A stretch of 64,000 bases of DNA from an uncultured bacterium (GCA_963827235.1 CAWHAE010000012.1:1088001-1152000), one strand, 5' to 3'; numbered from the stretch's first letter, positions 1 through 10,520 are shown. Notes: generated by a model not told the origin, from the sequence alone. Numbers and translations are program-made.

Positions 1-3000
1 CGTAACGCCATAGCCGACGCGGTGATCCAGGACAAGGCGATCGTGGTCGAGTCGCCCGAGGAGCAACTTGCACGGTATCCGGAATTCGCGCCGGTCAGGT
101 TCGCGCATGGAATCAGGGCATACGTGGCCCTGCCGCTCAGGGTCGAGACGCACGTGATCGGCGCGCTCAGCTTCGGCTTCGCGCAGCCGCGAGCGATTAC
201 CGCCGGAGAGCGGGACTTCATCGCGGCCGTGGCCGCCTTGACGGGGCAGGCGCTCGAACGCGCGCGGCTTTACGTGATGGAACGGGAGCGAGCGGAGGCC
301 GCCGAGGAGCTGGTGCGGATGAGGGAAGCCGCCGACGCGGCCGTTCGCACGCTCTCACGCGCGGTGGAGCAGAGCCCGGCCAGCGTGCTGATCACCGATC
401 CCGACGGTTCCATCGTGTACGTCAACCCGACTTTCTGCCGGCTGACCGGCTATGCAGCCGAAGAGGTCGTGGGCCAGAACCCGCGTGTGCTCAAGACGGG
501 CCATACCACTGCAGAAGAATACGCGGTGCTGTGGCAGACGATCACTACCGGGGACACCTGGACGGGAACATTCCTGAACAGGAAGAAGGACGGCAGCCGG
601 TATTGGGAATGGGCCTCCATCTCGCCCATCTTCAACACCGACGGCGCGATCGCCCAGTTCGTGGCGGTGAAGGAAGACATCACCGACCGGATGCAGGCGG
701 AAGCGGCGCTGCGGCAGAGCGAGGAGCGATACCGGCAGATCATCGAGACGGCGCAAGAGGGGATCTGGCAGGTCGACGGCGAAGGCCGCACCACCTTCGT
801 CAACTCGCGCATGGCGGAGATGCTGGGTTACAGGCCGGACGAGATGCTTGGCCGGTATTCCTGGGAGTTCACGCCGGAAAGCGAGCTAACGGCTGCTCGT
901 GAGCGGCAGCAGCGCCGGGAGCGGGGTGAAGGCGGGGTGTCCGAGAACTGCTACCGTCACAAGGACGGCAGCGTGCGCTGGTTCCATGCCCAAGCCTTTC
1001 CTCTCCTCGATAAGCAAGGCGGCAGTGCCGGCGGTCTCGGCATGCTCATAGACACCACCGAACGGCGCGAAGCAGACCGGGCGCGGACGCGGCTGGCGGC
1101 GATCGTGGAGTCCTTTCCCGACGCCATCATCGGCGTGTCGGTGGACGGCGTGATCGAGAGCTGGAACGACGGCGCGGTGCGTCTGTACGGCTATAGCGCC
1201 GAGGAAGCGGTTGGCCGGCCCATGACGCTCCTGGCGCCGATAGGCCGGACGGACGAGGTCGTCGGCATCCACCGGTCGATTGCCGAGGGCCAGGGCGCGG
1301 TCCATGTCGAGTGCCTGCGGCGCCACAAGGACGGACACAACGTCGACGTGTCGGTGACCGTCTCCCCCATTCGCGATGCCGCCGGCACCGTCCTGGGGAA
1401 CGCCTCTGTCACGCGCGACATCTCCGACCGCAAGCGGGCCGAAGTCGCCCTGCGCGAGAGCGAGCGGCGCTACCGCCAGCTGTTCGAGAACATGACCGCG
1501 GCCTTCGCCTTGCACGAGATGCTCTACGACGCGGAGGGCAAGCCGGTCGACTACCGTTTCCTGGAGGTCAATCCAGCCTTCGAGCGGCTGACCGGCCTGC
1601 CGGCCGGCCGCGTGGTGGGCCGCATGGTGCGCGAGGTGATGCCGGACACCGAGCAGTACTGGATCGATGTCTACGGCAGAGTGGCGTCAACCGGGCAGTC
1701 GACCACCTATGAGAACTACGCCCAGGCCTTGGGCCGATACTACGATGTCTTTGCGTTTTGCCCCGAGCCACACCAGTTCGCGGTGATCTTCTCCGACGTG
1801 ACCGAGCGCAAGCGTGCCGAAGCGGCGCTGCGCCAAAGCGAACAGGACTTCCGGCTGCTGGCGGAGAACTCCACGGACGTCATCGCTCGACTCGCGCCGG
1901 ACCTGACCGTGCGCTACGTCTCGCCGTCCGTGCGCCAGGTGCTGGGCTACGAGGCGGCGGAGGTAATGGGCCGGCAATTCTTCGCTCACGTGCATCCGGA
2001 TGACGTGGATCAGCACGCGCGAGCGACCGAGCGGACCCTGGCCGAGCCGGGAAACCGGACGGTGGTCTACCGGCATCGGCACGCCGACGGACGGTACATC
2101 TGGGTGGAAGTGAACGGCCACGCCGTGCGCGAGCCGTCCACTGGTGAAGTGCTCGAAATCCAGGCCACCGCGCGCGACATCACGGTGCGCAAGCAGGCGG
2201 AAGATGCCCTGCGGGACGTGGCGGAGGAGCGCGCCGAACAGGCGGCAGTGGCGGAGGCCCTGGCCGAGGTGAGTGCTCTGCTGGCCAGCGACCTGGAGTT
2301 CGCAACCGTCCACTCGGGCATTCTGCAGGCAATGGCCCGCGTCATTCCATGCACCACCACCCATGTTTTCACCTACCGCGACGGGTGGGCGGTAGTGATC
2401 GGTGCGCACGGTAGGCCCTGCGTGCCGGTAGGCACGCGGGTGGCTCGCCTGGAGGACACCGGGGAGTTCTTTCCCCAGTCGCCGGCGCAGGCCAGGCTAC
2501 TCAGCGAGACCCGTGGCGCGCCCGGCTGGCGGAACATCGCTCCGTGGGTGGACGAGCACGAGGTGCGCAGCGCCATCAGCCTGCCGCTCATCGTGCACGG
2601 CGAGGTCCACGGCTGCCTGATAGCAGGCGGCGCGACGCCGAGTCACTTCACCGCGAGTCACCTCCGCATCGCCCAAGCCTTTGCCGAGCGTATGACCCAG
2701 GCCCTCTGGAATGCCCGCCTGTACCAGCTGGAGCGGGAGCGTGCGCGGGCCGCGGAGCATCTGGCCGCGCTGCGCAACGAGTTCGTGAGCACGGTCAGCC
2801 ATGAGCTGCGCACGCCGCTGACCACCGTGCTGGGCTACGCGGAAATGCTCGAGGGACACTGGTCGCGGTTCAGCGACTCGCAGCGGCACATGCACCTGAA
2901 GCGCGTCGTGCTGGCAGCCAATCGCCAGAAGAAGCTGATCGACGACCTGCTGCGCGCCGGCACCTACGAGGGCGAGAAGCTCACCGTACAGCGCGAGCCC

Positions 3001-3459
3001 GTGCAAGTGCCGAATGTGGTAGCGAAGGCCATTGAAGCGGTGAACGCCAGCTATGCGGACCAATCGATCAATGCCGCCGGCCCTCTGGACATGGCGGCGC
3101 TGGCCGATCCTTCGTGCCTGGAGCAGGTGCTGACCAACCTGTTCGATAATGCCGCCAAGTATTCGCCGGCAGGCGCTCCCATCGAGGTGTGGTGGAGGCA
3201 GGAAGAGGAGCGCGTGCTGATCTCCGTGCGCGACCATGGGCCCGGCATTCCGGACGAGGGACGGGGCGTATTGTTCACGCGCTTTGGCCGCGTACCGGGC
3301 AGCCGCACACGGGCAGGCCGAGTCGGCACCGGGCTTGGCCTGTACTTGGGGCGCGCCTATGCCGAGGCGATGGGCGGCACGCTCGATCTGGAGTCAACCG
3401 GGGACGCCGGCAGCACATTCTGCTTGCGGCTTCCCGCTGCCGGGCATAACGCGCTCTGA
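1..3459 (+). CDS. GAF/multi-PAS sensor histidine kinase (5'-partial; frame open from base 1)
   Basis: N-terminal GAF, about five PAS/PAC repeats (e.g. EQSPASVLITDPDGSIVYVNP...KEDITDR), second GAF, H-box SHELRTPLT, N-box NLFDNAAKYS, G boxes DHGPGI and GTGLGL. Confidence 0.95.
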   Translation, partial: RNAIADAVIQDKAIVVESPEEQLARYPEFAPVRFAHGIRAYVALPLRVETHVIGALSFGFAQPRAITAGERDFIAAVAALTGQALERARLYVMERERAEAAEELVRMREAADAAVRTLSRAVEQSPASVLITDPDGSIVYVNPTFCRLTGYAAEEVVGQNPRVLKTGHTTAEEYAVLWQTITTGDTWTGTFLNRKKDGSRYWEWASISPIFNTDGAIAQFVAVKEDITDRMQAEAALRQSEERYRQIIETAQEGIWQVDGEGRTTFVNSRMAEMLGYRPDEMLGRYSWEFTPESELTAARERQQRRERGEGGVSENCYRHKDGSVRWFHAQAFPLLDKQGGSAGGLGMLIDTTERREADRARTRLAAIVESFPDAIIGVSVDGVIESWNDGAVRLYGYSAEEAVGRPMTLLAPIGRTDEVVGIHRSIAEGQGAVHVECLRRHKDGHNVDVSVTVSPIRDAAGTVLGNASVTRDISDRKRAEVALRESERRYRQLFENMTAAFALHEMLYDAEGKPVDYRFLEVNPAFERLTGLPAGRVVGRMVREVMPDTEQYWIDVYGRVASTGQSTTYENYAQALGRYYDVFAFCPEPHQFAVIFSDVTERKRAEAALRQSEQDFRLLAENSTDVIARLAPDLTVRYVSPSVRQVLGYEAAEVMGRQFFAHVHPDDVDQHARATERTLAEPGNRTVVYRHRHADGRYIWVEVNGHAVREPSTGEVLEIQATARDITVRKQAEDALRDVAEERAEQAAVAEALAEVSALLASDLEFATVHSGILQAMARVIPCTTTHVFTYRDGWAVVIGAHGRPCVPVGTRVARLEDTGEFFPQSPAQARLLSETRGAPGWRNIAPWVDEHEVRSAISLPLIVHGEVHGCLIAGGATPSHFTASHLRIAQAFAERMTQALWNARLYQLERERARAAEHLAALRNEFVSTVSHELRTPLTTVLGYAEMLEGHWSRFSDSQRHMHLKRVVLAANRQKKLIDDLLRAGTYEGEKLTVQREPVQVPNVVAKAIEAVNASYADQSINAAGPLDMAALADPSCLEQVLTNLFDNAAKYSPAGAPIEVWWRQEEERVLISVRDHGPGIPDEGRGVLFTRFGRVPGSRTRAGRVGTGLGLYLGRAYAEAMGGTLDLESTGDAGSTFCLRLPAAGHNAL

Positions 3460-3632
3460 CCGCCTGTGTCGTTTCGCCCGCGGCCACATCCGCCGGCACG
3501 CCCACTGCAGGCCGACCCGGTGGGGTAGCTATAGAATATGTAAGAATGTGGATTCGGCCAATTGGTCGTGTCGATGCGAATCATCAGGGTGTTGCTCGAC
3601 CGGCGCCAGGTCTGGAAAGGTCAATCCCCGGC

Positions 3633-4726
3633 ATGCAACACGCCGATGACTTGAGCGCACAGCTCCGCGCATATCCTGCGCTCCCCGAGCGATTGAGCGC
3701 CGCCAGGCCGGACGCGGCGGAGTGGGTGACTGGCGAGCTGTTTCAGCGCCATCCCGACCTATTGGCTCGCTTCGGCGAGCGAGGCCGGACATTCACACGC
3801 GAGGACATCGGCTTTCACGTCGCCTCGTTGGCCGGCGCCATCGCGGGGTGGTCACCTACCGCGTTTGAGGACTACGTGCGATGGTCGGTCCGCGTACTGC
3901 GGGCGCGCGGCATGCAGCCGCCGCTTCTTGGCGAGGCGCTCTCGCTGATCGACGAGGCGCTGCAGCCGGGGTTGACCGGCGAGGAACACCGTATCGTGGC
4001 CTCGCTGCTTGCGCTCGGCAGCGTGGCGTGCCTGCAGGAGCCCGCGTTGCCGGCAACGTCGCAATCTGCACCGGGACAGGTCGGGCCGGACCCCTTCCTG
4101 GAAATGGTGCTGCAGGGCCGGCGGGCCGAGGCGCTCAGGATCGCCAGCGACGCGCTGAGCGCCAGCGGCTCGCTGCTGGACGCCTATCTCGGCGTGTTGC
4201 AGGAAGCGCTCTACGAGGTGGACCGGCTGTGGGAGGCGAACCGGATCACGGTCGGCGTAGAGCACATGGCCACGGCAATCGTCCAGTACGTGGCGGCTCG
4301 GCTCACCGAGCAAGTGACGGCCGGTGCCAATACGCAGGGCAAGATCGTGATCGCGGGCGTGCAGGGATACGGCACCAGGTCGGCGCCAGCATGGCGCCAC
4401 TGTTACTGGAGATGGACGGCTGGACCGTGCGCTATCTCGGTACCGACCTCCCACACGGCAGCGTTCTCGCCCTTTTCGACAGCCTCGATGCCGATATCCT
4501 GTGCGTCTGTGCAACCTTGCTCTCGCATGTCCCGGTCGTGCGCCGCCTGATTGCCGAGACGCGCGGGCATTTGGGCGATTGATGCCCGCGTCTCGTGGTC
4601 GGCGGGGCGGGGGCACGGTTGGTACCGGGCATCGCCGCGGCAGCCGGCGCCGACTAGGCAGTGAGCAGGCTGGAAGATGCACCGGCCGTGATGCAGTCGC
4701 TGCTCGACGGTGCAACGTCCCTCTGA
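3633..4726 (+). pseudogene. Cobalamin-binding sensor protein (helical/globin-like N-domain + B12-binding_2 + B12-binding), disrupted
   Basis: W-x9-EH motif (LWEANRITVGVEHMAT). Frameshift at about 4365 just before HQVG...GWTVRYLGTDLP. In-frame TGA at 4580 and TAG at 4655 interrupt a tail that still reads like a B12 domain (PRLVVGG...GAD) up to TGA at 4724-4726. Confidence 0.8.
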
Positions 4727-4786
4727 TGCTGCGCCGGCAGGCAGTTGTCGCCGAGCCCCTGCCGCTACACGCAGCAACGCAGCCGC

Positions 4787-5416
4787 TCAAACGGGATCGT
4801 ATCGCTGCCCTTGCCGAATTGTGGCTCCGCCCAGGACCCAGCGAAAGACATCCTGGACCTGTTGCTCCCAAACAGGCTTCGCCAGGATCAGCGCTGGGCA
4901 CTCGGGCGTGCCGTAGAGCGGCGCAAGGTCGTCGGGGTGGCCGATGATGGCGGCGAGCGGAAGATCCGGCCGGCGCTGGCGCACCGTGCGAATGAACTCC
5001 ACACCATCGGCAGGCCGCCGCGCACGCACGTCGCTCAGCACGAGCGCAATCGAGGCGTTCGCTTCGAGCACCGTTAGTGCCGCACCCGGCTCGCCGGCTT
5101 CGAGAAAGGGGTGACCGGCACGCACCGTGTAGGCGGCAAGCAGCGCCCGCATGTCCGCCTCGTCAGCCACAATCAACACGGTCGGCGATGCCTTTGCCCT
5201 GCGAACGAACGTCCCGCGGCCCTGTTGCCGGTCCAGCAATCCTTCCTCGCTGAGCGTGGCAATCGCCTGACGCACCGTCACCGGCGAGACGCCGAACTGC
5301 ACGGCCAGGCTCGTGTGGCTCGGCAGCTTCCCGCCGGGCGCATACTCCCGGTTGACAATCGCCGACCGCAGGCAAGCATATACTCGTCCCGACTGCCGCC
5401 CAAGTTCGTGATACAT
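4787..5416 (-). CDS. GntR winged-HTH + C-terminal receiver (REC) domain regulator
   Basis: YAPGGKLPSHTSLAVQFGVSPVTVRQAIATLSEEGLLDRQQGRGTFV (GntR), then VLIVADE...LVLSDV...LAKPV (REC); GGAGG RBS upstream. Confidence 0.9.
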   Translation of the reverse strand: MYHELGRQSGRVYACLRSAIVNREYAPGGKLPSHTSLAVQFGVSPVTVRQAIATLSEEGLLDRQQGRGTFVRRAKASPTVLIVADEADMRALLAAYTVRAGHPFLEAGEPGAALTVLEANASIALVLSDVRARRPADGVEFIRTVRQRRPDLPLAAIIGHPDDLAPLYGTPECPALILAKPVWEQQVQDVFRWVLGGATIRQGQRYDPV

Positions 5417-5513
5417 TTCGGGCTACCTCCTCTGCACTCCGGCCGCGTATGTCGCCACCTCCGCGGCGGTCTGGCCGGCGATCATAATGCGCTCGGTCCT
5501 CAGCCTGTCATCT

Positions 5514-5549
5514 CAGTCGCTCGACCAGTTGCTCGACCAGTTGCTCGCA
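5514..5549. repeat. 12-bp tandem repeat x3 (CAGTYGCTCGAC) upstream of the GntR-REC gene
   Basis: cagtcgctcgac cagttgctcgac cagttgctcgca read directly from the sequence. Confidence 0.75.
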
Positions 5550-5622
5550 ACGTGGTCACGAACCACCTAAGTTTGCCTAGCCCGCGCAGGGTGACCCGGA
5601 TGCGCGTGGACGAGCGGACGCG

Positions 5623-6087
5623 TCAAGCCGCGGCAATCGCGGCTAGCGCCTCCTGCTCGTCCTGTGCCACCACCTTGTCCAGGTCGAGCAGCAGCACCAG
5701 TCGATCTTCCAGCCTGGCCACTCCCAGCAAGAGTCGCCGCTCGCGCGATTCCTGCACGACGGCCGCTACCGGTTCCACCGCGCTGGAGGGAATGATCGTC
5801 ACCTCGTCCACGCTGTCCACGATCAGCCCCAGACTGTGGCTGCCCAGCTGCACCACCACCACGCGGGTGGCCGCCGTCGGCTCGGCGGCCGGCAGGGCGA
5901 ACCGGCGGCGCAGGTCGAGCACCGGCACGATGGTGCTGCGCAGGTTGGTGATGCCCACGATGTAGGGCAGGGCCTGCGGCACCTGGGTCAGCGAGGGCAG
6001 GCGAATGATCTCGTGCACGGAGGCGATATCCAGGGCGTAGCTCCCGCTGGCCAGTTGGAAAATCACGAATTGGCGGTCGGCGTCCAT
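5623..6087 (-). CDS. cheW: Chemotaxis coupling protein CheW
   Basis: QFVIFQLASGSYALDIASVHEII...VPQALPYIVGITNLRSTIVPVLDLRRRF...GLIVDSVDEV; AGGGAGGG RBS before ATG at 6087. Confidence 0.95.
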   Translation of the reverse strand: MDADRQFVIFQLASGSYALDIASVHEIIRLPSLTQVPQALPYIVGITNLRSTIVPVLDLRRRFALPAAEPTAATRVVVVQLGSHSLGLIVDSVDEVTIIPSSAVEPVAAVVQESRERRLLLGVARLEDRLVLLLDLDKVVAQDEQEALAAIAAA

Positions 6088-6110
6088 GTCAACCCTCCCT
6101 TGGCAAGCTC

Positions 6111-6136
6111 GGGCGGGCCCACCTGTGAGCCCGCCC
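6111..6136. other. GC-rich stem-loop between the MCP and cheW genes (possible mRNA stabiliser or attenuator)
   Basis: gggcgggc ... gcccgccc inverted repeat; no U-tract. Confidence 0.4.
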
Positions 6137-6169
6137 ATCGGCAATCATGCGTGCTTGTGCGGTGCAGTG

Positions 6170-8237
6170 CTACCCGGCCCGCAGCGCCCGGACCTTCGCC
6201 GGGCTCGCCGTCCGCGGTGCCGCTGCGGCTACGTCCAGCGTGAAGTGGCCCATCAGGTCCTTCAGGCCGGTGGCCAGCGCCGCAAGCTCCTCCGCGTTGG
6301 CGGCCATCTCTTCCACCGCCGCGCTCTGCTCCTCGGTCGAGGCGCTTACCTCTTCGGCCCCCGCCGCGCTCTGCTCGCTCACCGCGGCGATGCTCTCTAC
6401 CGAGCCCGTGACCTGCTGCGCGTCCTGCCGCATCCGGCCCGCCGACGTGGCGGTCTCGGCCGCCACCGTGGCCACCCGCGCCGAGGCCGCCTGCACCGCC
6501 GCCACGCTCGCCGTCATCTTGCCCACCGACGTGGTGATCGCACTCGCCTGCGCGTTGGTCTCCTCCACCACGCCCAGGATGCTCTGCAGCGCATTCCCCG
6601 CCTGCTGGCCCAGCTGCGCGCTCTTCTCCACCTCGCTGCTGCCCACCGCCATGGCCTTCACCACATCCTGCACCTGCTGCTGGATGGCGGCAATGCGCCG
6701 GCTGATCTCCTTCGTCTCGTTGCTCGAGCGTTCGGCCAGCTTGCGCACCTCCGCCGCCACGACCGTGAAGCCCTTGCCGTGCTCGCCCGCCCGCGCCGCC
6801 TCGATCGCCGCGTTCAGCGCCAGCAGGTTCGTCTGGGCCGCGATGTCGTCGATCGCCTCCACGATCTGCCCGATCTCCTGGCTGCTAGCACCCAGTGCCT
6901 GCCACCTGCTCCGCGCTCTTCTGCACCGCGGCCCGCACGCTGTCGATACTGCTGATCGTCTGGGCCACGGCGGCCCCGCCCTCCTTGGCCGTGCCCGCCG
7001 CGCGGCCGGCCGCGCCGGTCACCGCGTCCACGCTCTTGCTGGTTTCGCCCAGGGCCTGCCGCAGCTCGCCGATCGCCTGGTCGGCCTGGTCGGCAGCCGC
7101 GCTCTGCGCCTCGGCCCCGCCCGCCACCTGCACCACGGCGGCGTTCAGCGCCGTCATCTGCGCTATCGCCTCGGCGCTGTCCTTGCTCTGCTGGCTGGTG
7201 CCCCGCGCCACTTCCTCGATCGCGCGCGAAATCTGCGTGCTGGCCTGTCCCACCTGCTGGCTGGCCTGCGCCAGCTGCGCGGAGCCTGCCGTCACCTGGT
7301 CCGCCGAGCCGGCAACCTGGCCGATCGTGGACATGAGGTCGGCCCGCGCCTGCTCATAGGCACCGATCGCCGTCTGCGCTCGGCCGATGATCGCCCGCAC
7401 CACGTCGGCGGTCTGGCCGATCTCGTCTTTGGCCGTATAGGTGGGCGGCGTGGTACTGACGTGGGCCTCGACCGTCAGGTCGCCACGAGAGAGGGCGGTA
7501 ATGCCCTCGGCCAGCCCCACCATACAGATGCTGGCCACGCTGTTCGCGGCGCGCTGCACCTCCGCCAGGGGTCGCGTGATCGAGCGGGCGATGAACCAGC
7601 CCAGAGCCAGGGCACAGAGCACTGCCAGCAGCAGGACGATCACCAGCTCCGTCGTGGCCGTCGAGTACGCATTGCTGGCGTCGTGCTGTGCATAGCCCAT
7701 GTACTTTTGGTTGCTGGCCAAGAGCAGACCCAGATTCGCCGTGACCTGGTTGGCGACTGTCTTCTCCGTGCCGGTAGAGATCTTCGTCGCTGCGGCCTTG
7801 GACGCGGGCGTGTTCTGGCGAGCCAGCTGCACGACCTGCGTGTCGAGCGCCGTCCACTGCTGCAAGAGCGGCGTCGTCCGGTTGGAGAGGTTTAGTTCGT
7901 ATGCATCGTCGAACGGTACCTCGAAGTTCGTCTTCCAATCTTCCTGCACGCGCGTAAGTGCCGCCGCTGACTTGGCAGCGTACGAGTCGATTTCAGCCTT
8001 GCTACTCGACATCACCGCGCCGCGGGAATAGCGGATCGCGTCGGACATGTCGAGCTGCGTGCCCTGCAGCAGAGCGACTGCGGGCATCGAGATGGTGGTC
8101 AGCGTCTTAAGCGAATTGTCCTGGGACTGCAGGCCGAGGTAGCCCGCACCGGCCACTACGGCGGCCAGCACCGCCATCAGGACAAAACTGCCGATCAGCT
8201 TGGGGGTCATTCGAAGGTTCCTGAACCACGCCATCAT
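6170..8237 (-). CDS. Methyl-accepting chemotaxis protein (TM-4HB sensor-TM-HAMP-MA), split by a single frameshift at about 6895
   Basis: Two TM helices, HAMP (ARSITRPL), hairpin tip [26 protein letters not shown]. Removing one base restores [23 protein letters not shown]. Confidence 0.92.
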
Positions 8238-8584
8238 GCGGGTCCTTTCTCGCTTGCCGCGTAATCTCAAGTTGAATGAAAGGCCGTATCGTGTCAGGAA
8301 CGCCAAGCGGCGTTCCAGAGACCAGCTCTCCTGCAGATGCCCGCGGTGCGCACCATGGACGGCTTGCAGATGCCGCCGGACCAGTGGATCGGCAGGAGAC
8401 CGGTCCGGCAGCTTGCGTGCAACTGCGTACGAGAACTTACGCGGTTGCGGGTCTGTGCTCATTATCGCCATGCGTGCGTAATTGGCTATCCGCCCAGTAG
8501 TAGTGGCACGGATGGGGGACGAAATCAGCAAATTGCGCAATCGGCAGCGATACGATTCCTGCCTATTGCACGCCGCCGGACGAC

Positions 8585-8794
8585 GTGGAGGTGCGGCCCG
8601 TCACGCTGGCGCGCCGCCAGACTCTGACGCGCACCAGCGTGACCACGATCAGCCTGCGCACCACTGCCACGGGGACTACGCTTCCTCCCGGCGCGATGCC
8701 CGCGGGCACCTACACCTGGCGCGCGGTCCCGATCGACGCGAGCGGCAACCCCCTGACCGCGTGGAGCCCGGACCACACGTTCACGCTGCCCTGA
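8585..8794 (+). pseudogene. Orphan C-terminal fragment of an Ig/FN3-like domain protein
   Basis: GTYTWRAVPIDASGNPLTAWSPDHTFTLP resembles the end of an FN3/Ig beta-sandwich; no signal peptide or clear RBS. Confidence 0.5.
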
Positions 8795-9162
8795 GCCGGA
8801 GCGCGGGCACGTGGGAAAGACGAGTCGATGCCGGCAGGACGGTGCGTGGATGCTCCCGGCGCCCCGTATCGACGAGGCAAATACCGGTGGCACTACCGGC
8901 GCAGCGCCGATCAGTCGGGCTGCGCCGCCGGCAGCCCGGTGTTCGCCCTGTCGAGAATCCGATTCCGCTCACATCTCCGCTATCCCGGTGCATGCCGGGG
9001 TGGGATGTGCCGCCTGATGGGTGGTGACGCGCGTGCACCGGCATGAGCCGCCGCCGGAAGAGGGGGGCGGGGCGTTCACGTGTCCTCAAGGTGTCGAGGT
9101 TGTCAGACGCCAACACCGTATGCAGCGCCATCTATCGTTCATTCGCAAAAGGAGTGAGTCTC

Positions 9163-9954
9163 GTGCCGATCCGCTTTCGTCGCATCTTCACCGTGTTCGC
9201 CCTGCTGATCCTCGCGGGCAGCGCGAACGTCCCGGCCACCGTTGCCCGCGATATCGCCGCGCCTGCCGCGCCGATCCTCGTCTCCACCGGGCAGGGAGCG
9301 TACTTCACCGTCCTGCTGGGCACGCGGCTCTGCGTGGCCAACGCTGCTGACGACAACATCTCCGTGCTCGACGCTGCCAGGAACCGCGTCGTCGCCACCC
9401 TGCCCGGTCCGTACCGGGACCTGCAGGCTATCGCGGCCAACCCCGTCACCAACCGCCTCTATGTCTCGGGCAATCAGACCGTCGAGGTGGTCGACCCGGC
9501 TACGGGGAACATCCTGGATCGGCCGATTGCCGTCTACGCCCTCATCGATGCCGGTCTCGCCGTCGATCCCGCCACCAACAACATCTACGCCGGCGACGCG
9601 GACGGCAACCAGATCATCACCATCGACGGGGCCACGGACACCGCGTACCTGGGCGCGATCGGCGTGATGACGGTTGGTAACTGCGTGGAAAGCATCGCCC
9701 CCGAGCCCGGCACCCTGCACGTCTTCGCCGCCAACCCCTGCGACGGCACGGTCAGCGACATGGATCTCGACCAGGACGCGCCCGTGGCCACCATTCCTGC
9801 CGGTACCGACCCCGAGCAGGTGGCGCTGGATCCAGGGCTGCACCGTCTCTACGTGGTCGACGGGCAGGTAGGGGCCACGGCCCAGATAGCCGCGGCGTAT
9901 CGGGGTGCGATAGAAACATACGTTGCGGCGTCGGGGCACAGCGCCACGGGCTGA
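9163..9954 (+). CDS. Secreted YVTN/YncE-type beta-propeller repeat protein, probably 3'-truncated
   Basis: AAGGAG RBS and GTG start, signal peptide, repeats IAANPVTNRLYVS / LAVDPATNNIYAG / VALDPGLHRLYVV; repeat pattern ends abruptly at about 9870. Confidence 0.8.
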   Translation: MPIRFRRIFTVFALLILAGSANVPATVARDIAAPAAPILVSTGQGAYFTVLLGTRLCVANAADDNISVLDAARNRVVATLPGPYRDLQAIAANPVTNRLYVSGNQTVEVVDPATGNILDRPIAVYALIDAGLAVDPATNNIYAGDADGNQIITIDGATDTAYLGAIGVMTVGNCVESIAPEPGTLHVFAANPCDGTVSDMDLDQDAPVATIPAGTDPEQVALDPGLHRLYVVDGQVGATAQIAAAYRGAIETYVAASGHSATG

Positions 9955-10096
9955 TCCTCGCGAGCACCATCAGCGCCTTGTTGTGCTCACGCGGGAGCAG
10001 CAGCCCGATCAACTACGGCCGAAAAGCGGTGCGCGCTGCATGCCGATTGAGCAGACGGTCAAACTGGGCACAGTAGACTTCAACCGCGCTGGGCAC
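9950..10096 (-). mobile_element. IS701-family transposase N-terminal remnant
   Basis: Manual translation VPSAVEVYCAQFDRLLNRHAARTAFRP*LIGLLLPREHNKALMVLA matches the recalled IS701 N-terminal pattern (LEEYAARFDDLF...FREYLxGLLLPRxRNKTL); contains an internal stop and no DDE domain. Confidence 0.7.
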
Positions 10097-10203
10097 GATC
10101 CTCGCTGGCCCGTGCCCTGCGTTTGCTTTGAGCGGCGAGGAGGAGCCAGCCGAGCTACTGCGCAGCTCGGCCTTCCCCTGCTCCATGCCGGGACCGGCGA
10201 CGA

Positions 10204-10395
10204 CTAGCCTTGCGCCAAATCGCGGGCCAGGAGACAGGTGCGCAGATCCTCCGGGTCCAGGCCGAGCGGCAGCGGTGCTGCATCACCGGAAAGCAGGCGC
10301 GAGACGTACCGGTCGAGCATCTCAGCGCCGGCGATTTCACCGGGCGTCGCGCACAGCGCGGGATCGATCACGTCTGCGGACCCGCGAGCGCTCAT
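10204..10395 (-). CDS. Short hypothetical protein or remnant
   Basis: GGGAG-like RBS before ATG at 10395; 63 codons; no recognised motif. Confidence 0.3.
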   Translation of the reverse strand: MSARGSADVIDPALCATPGEIAGAEMLDRYVSRLLSGDAAPLPLGLDPEDLRTCLLARDLAQG

Positions 10396-10520
10396 GTGCT
10401 TGCTCCCGATTCCGGAACGGTCTCTAGTCCGTGGCCGGGCCGGCAGCAAGGCAGCAGCTCTGCCGATTCCTGTGTACGAACGGCAGATGGCAAGGTCGGC
10501 GGTGGCGCGGCGCCGGCCTG

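Noticed and set aside
3460-3632. Cobalamin riboswitch upstream of the B12-binding gene
   Set aside because: No convincing B12-box or conserved GGGAA...GCCACTG arrangement is present.
4580-4657. In-frame TGA and TAG in the B12-binding gene (and TGA at a Trp position in treZ, 60542) as Sec/Pyl recoding or an alternative genetic code
   Set aside because: Both genes carry independent frameshifts or deletions, intact genes here end normally in TGA and TAG, and no sel or pyl genes are visible; simple decay explains it.
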